Shown here: positions 24,722 to 26,741 of the stretch, piece after piece
Numbering within the stretch: position 1 is the stretch's first letter
How the letters are laid out: each line of letters starts with the position of its first letter
IMG/VR virus record: IMGVR_UViG_3300025141_000614
Location: 1 to 26,741 of that record
DNA: 26,741 nucleotides
Origin: a virus
Lineage: Duplodnaviria; Caudoviricetes
Reading direction: 5' to 3' (one strand)
Translations under genes and position numbers: made by a program
Notes under the pieces: generated by a model
What the model saw: the letters and a program-made list of their open reading frames with translations, nothing else
What the model was told of the DNA's origin: nothing
Databases searched by the model: none

Positions 24722-25964
24722 ACTTCCCCCCGATCAAAGAGATGAATTGTGCTCTCGCTTTGTCGATTTTTACTGGTTGTCCTATTGAACGGTAATTCTC
24801 GTCTGCGTATGGTAATTTATTTTTAGGTGTAGATAAGAACCTAACGTCTGTACCCTCCTCTCTACACTGACCGAGTAGTAAGATGCAATCACTCTCCCCC
24901 TGAACGGCGGTCTTCGAGCCATACAAACTACCCATCTCTGGGAACTTGACGTTATCAGCCGTCCAATCTAGTTGTGACGCACCAATGACGGGGCCATACA
25001 ACTGAGACAGTCCTCGGATATATTGCGCCAACTTTGCATACCGTTCTATGCCTTGCGCTTCTTTCTCGAATCCTCCCACCTTATGAAGTTGGTCTATGAT
25101 AATCACTTTCGGGTTAAATTCCTCCAGAGCTGCCTCAATATCATACACCGTGAGCGTCGGTTTATCGAGAGAAACAATGCGGTTCTCGCCGTACTTGGCT
25201 TGGAAGTGTTTCAGTGCGGTTTCTGGGTCTGCGTCTATCTCTTCTCTCGTCCACCCCAATCCTGCCTGAAATCGTCTAGCGGCGACTCTCCTCCGAGGTT
25301 CCTCGTTATTGCACCACAAGATACACTCTCCATCGTCAAGTTGAGATGCGAAAGCACAGGCCTGGTTGAGTAGGAAGGTAGTTTTTCCCCCATCAGGTCG
25401 CGCACCTAACAAGATAAAATCTCCTTGGCCTATAGCTCCACACATTAGGTTTAGTTCTTCGATAGACCATTTGTATCTAACCTCAGTCTGAAGTTCCTTT
25501 ACTTGTTCGAGGACTTGTTCATCGGTTGAGGTAATAGAGTCTACGTCGTGTTCTACACCCTTCGATTCTAAATTAAATCTACGCAGAATGTCTTTCACCT
25601 CGTCTAAAGATTTTTTACCTTGAACTACTTCAAAAGATTTCTCGTGTATCAAACTTGCGAAGTATCTCTCGGACAAGGTTCGGAAAATAGCACTCTCCGT
25701 ATCTACTTCTGTTTCCTTGAGGCGGTCGCAAGCAGAACTGATTGCTGCGGCTTTACCTTCGGGTAGGCTTGGGTGTTCAATGATCGTGTACCACTGTTTA
25801 AACCGATCCCAGTTTATTTCATCATCAGGTGATTGATCATAGTAATTACTTAATGATTTATAAATATCTCTATAATCATCTTGTAATCTATCTTCTCTAA
25901 TAAGAGAAGAGAATTTATTATAATTATATATATTACATAATGTAGCAATAATTTCATTATCCAT
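24705..25964 (-). CDS. Replicative SF4 (DnaB/T7 gp4-like) helicase
   Basis: ATG 25964 after GGAGG; Walker A GARPDGGKTT, NEEP, Walker B IIIDQ, ASQL, GSKT and KNK. Confidence 0.9.
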   Translation of the reverse strand: MDNEIIATLCNIYNYNKFSSLIREDRLQDDYRDIYKSLSNYYDQSPDDEINWDRFKQWYTIIEHPSLPEGKAAAISSACDRLKETEVDTESAIFRTLSERYFASLIHEKSFEVVQGKKSLDEVKDILRRFNLESKGVEHDVDSITSTDEQVLEQVKELQTEVRYKWSIEELNLMCGAIGQGDFILLGARPDGGKTTFLLNQACAFASQLDDGECILWCNNEEPRRRVAARRFQAGLGWTREEIDADPETALKHFQAKYGENRIVSLDKPTLTVYDIEAALEEFNPKVIIIDQLHKVGGFEKEAQGIERYAKLAQYIRGLSQLYGPVIGASQLDWTADNVKFPEMGSLYGSKTAVQGESDCILLLGQCREEGTDVRFLSTPKNKLPYADENYRSIGQPVKIDKARAQFISLIGGKYANKI

Positions 25965-26741
25965 ATATAACGTCCTCCAGATCTTTGTTGTGGATAAAAT
26001 GTTTAGGTTCTTGATTTTCCAAAAAAATACTAGTCTCAACTAAACCAGATAATCTTGCAAATATATCCTTTGCTTTGTGGATAACTTCTGGACTGTCGTT
26101 GTCTAACCACACAAGTATAGGTCTATTTTCTTTCAAAAGCAATTCTATGTGTCTATCTCCGAAGTGGGTTCCCATCAGTGGCATAGCAAATGCACTCCTA
26201 CTCACTCGAAAAGCTGAAACAATATCCTCAGTTATTACTATTTTATTAACAGGTTTTCCACAGGTTGTAAAGGGTGCTTGATACTTGTCTCCCGCGAGTA
26301 TCCATTTAGGTAATTTTTCGCGGAGGGGTCGTATCGCAAGCCCCGTAAGTTTTTCAGGTTCAGAGCACAGAGGTATCGCTGTAAGATTACCGTCCAGGTG
26401 CTTGATTCCAAAGGACTTTACGTCGGCAACATTCAACCCGTTTTCTAACCACCACCGCCTAAATTTTTCGGGCAGCTTTGCGAATACGGGTGTTTCCCAC
26501 CGAGTATTTTTTCCCCACTCGCTCAATGGAGGTATGTTAAATTTTTGAAAGGTATCTTTTTTTGACTTGGGTTTTTTACTAAGAGTATTCAGTGTAGTTT
26601 GTCCCTCCTCGTTGAGATAACCACTCTCGCCACAATGATGACAGAAACCCACAACAACTCCCCCACTCTTTCTAGTTATGTAAAGTCTGTCGTTGTTAGC
26701 TCCACTCTTACAGTGGTACGTGTTAATGGTTTCCCCTTCTT
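25957..26741 (-). CDS. DNA primase (Zn-binding plus TOPRIM), 5'-truncated by the window edge
   Basis: The frame stays open past the track's GTG 26652 to the window end (EGETINTYHCKSG...GFCHHCG); TOPRIM motifs ITEDIVSA and WLDND. Confidence 0.85.
   Translation of the reverse strand, partial: EGETINTYHCKSGANNDRLYITRKSGGVVVGFCHHCGESGYLNEEGQTTLNTLSKKPKSKKDTFQKFNIPPLSEWGKNTRWETPVFAKLPEKFRRWWLENGLNVADVKSFGIKHLDGNLTAIPLCSEPEKLTGLAIRPLREKLPKWILAGDKYQAPFTTCGKPVNKIVITEDIVSAFRVSRSAFAMPLMGTHFGDRHIELLLKENRPILVWLDNDSPEVIHKAKDIFARLSGLVETSIFLENQEPKHFIHNKDLEDVIYG

Noticed and set aside
1-26741. tRNA, CRISPR array, integrase or transposase
   Set aside because: Intergenic gaps are short and show no cloverleaf or spaced repeats; no recombinase or transposase motifs seen in any ORF.

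Overview
Bacteriophage DNA, most consistent with a lytic aquatic podovirus of SIO1/cobavirus (Zobellviridae)-like architecture; this family call comes from recalled motifs and gene order, not a search. Two gene arms converge near 17.3 kb. The + arm (1-17241) is morphogenetic: adaptor-like and tail genes, a tail fibre with an S74 chaperone, an ErpA-type Fe-S carrier, a holin-like gene, scaffold, major capsid, decoration protein, a second adaptor, a nozzle with inserted repeat domains, an HxH short fibre with a 4-Cys partner, three internal/ejection proteins and a 2OG-Fe(II) oxygenase. The - arm (26741-17242) is replicative: separate primase and helicase, a family A DNA polymerase split into two coupled genes inside the polymerase domain, a putative SSB, a 5'-3' exonuclease, an endonuclease, a metallophosphoesterase and a class II ribonucleotide reductase. 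No portal or terminase is present, and the first ~2 kb looks like it comes from a different phage lineage (mosaic or assembly chimera). The main leads are the split PolA, a possible iron/Fe-S virion-maturation set, the nested domain insertions in the nozzle, an AT-rich candidate origin inside the helicase gene, and an unannotated 23-aa membrane peptide at the convergence point. I saw no tRNA, rRNA or CRISPR array.
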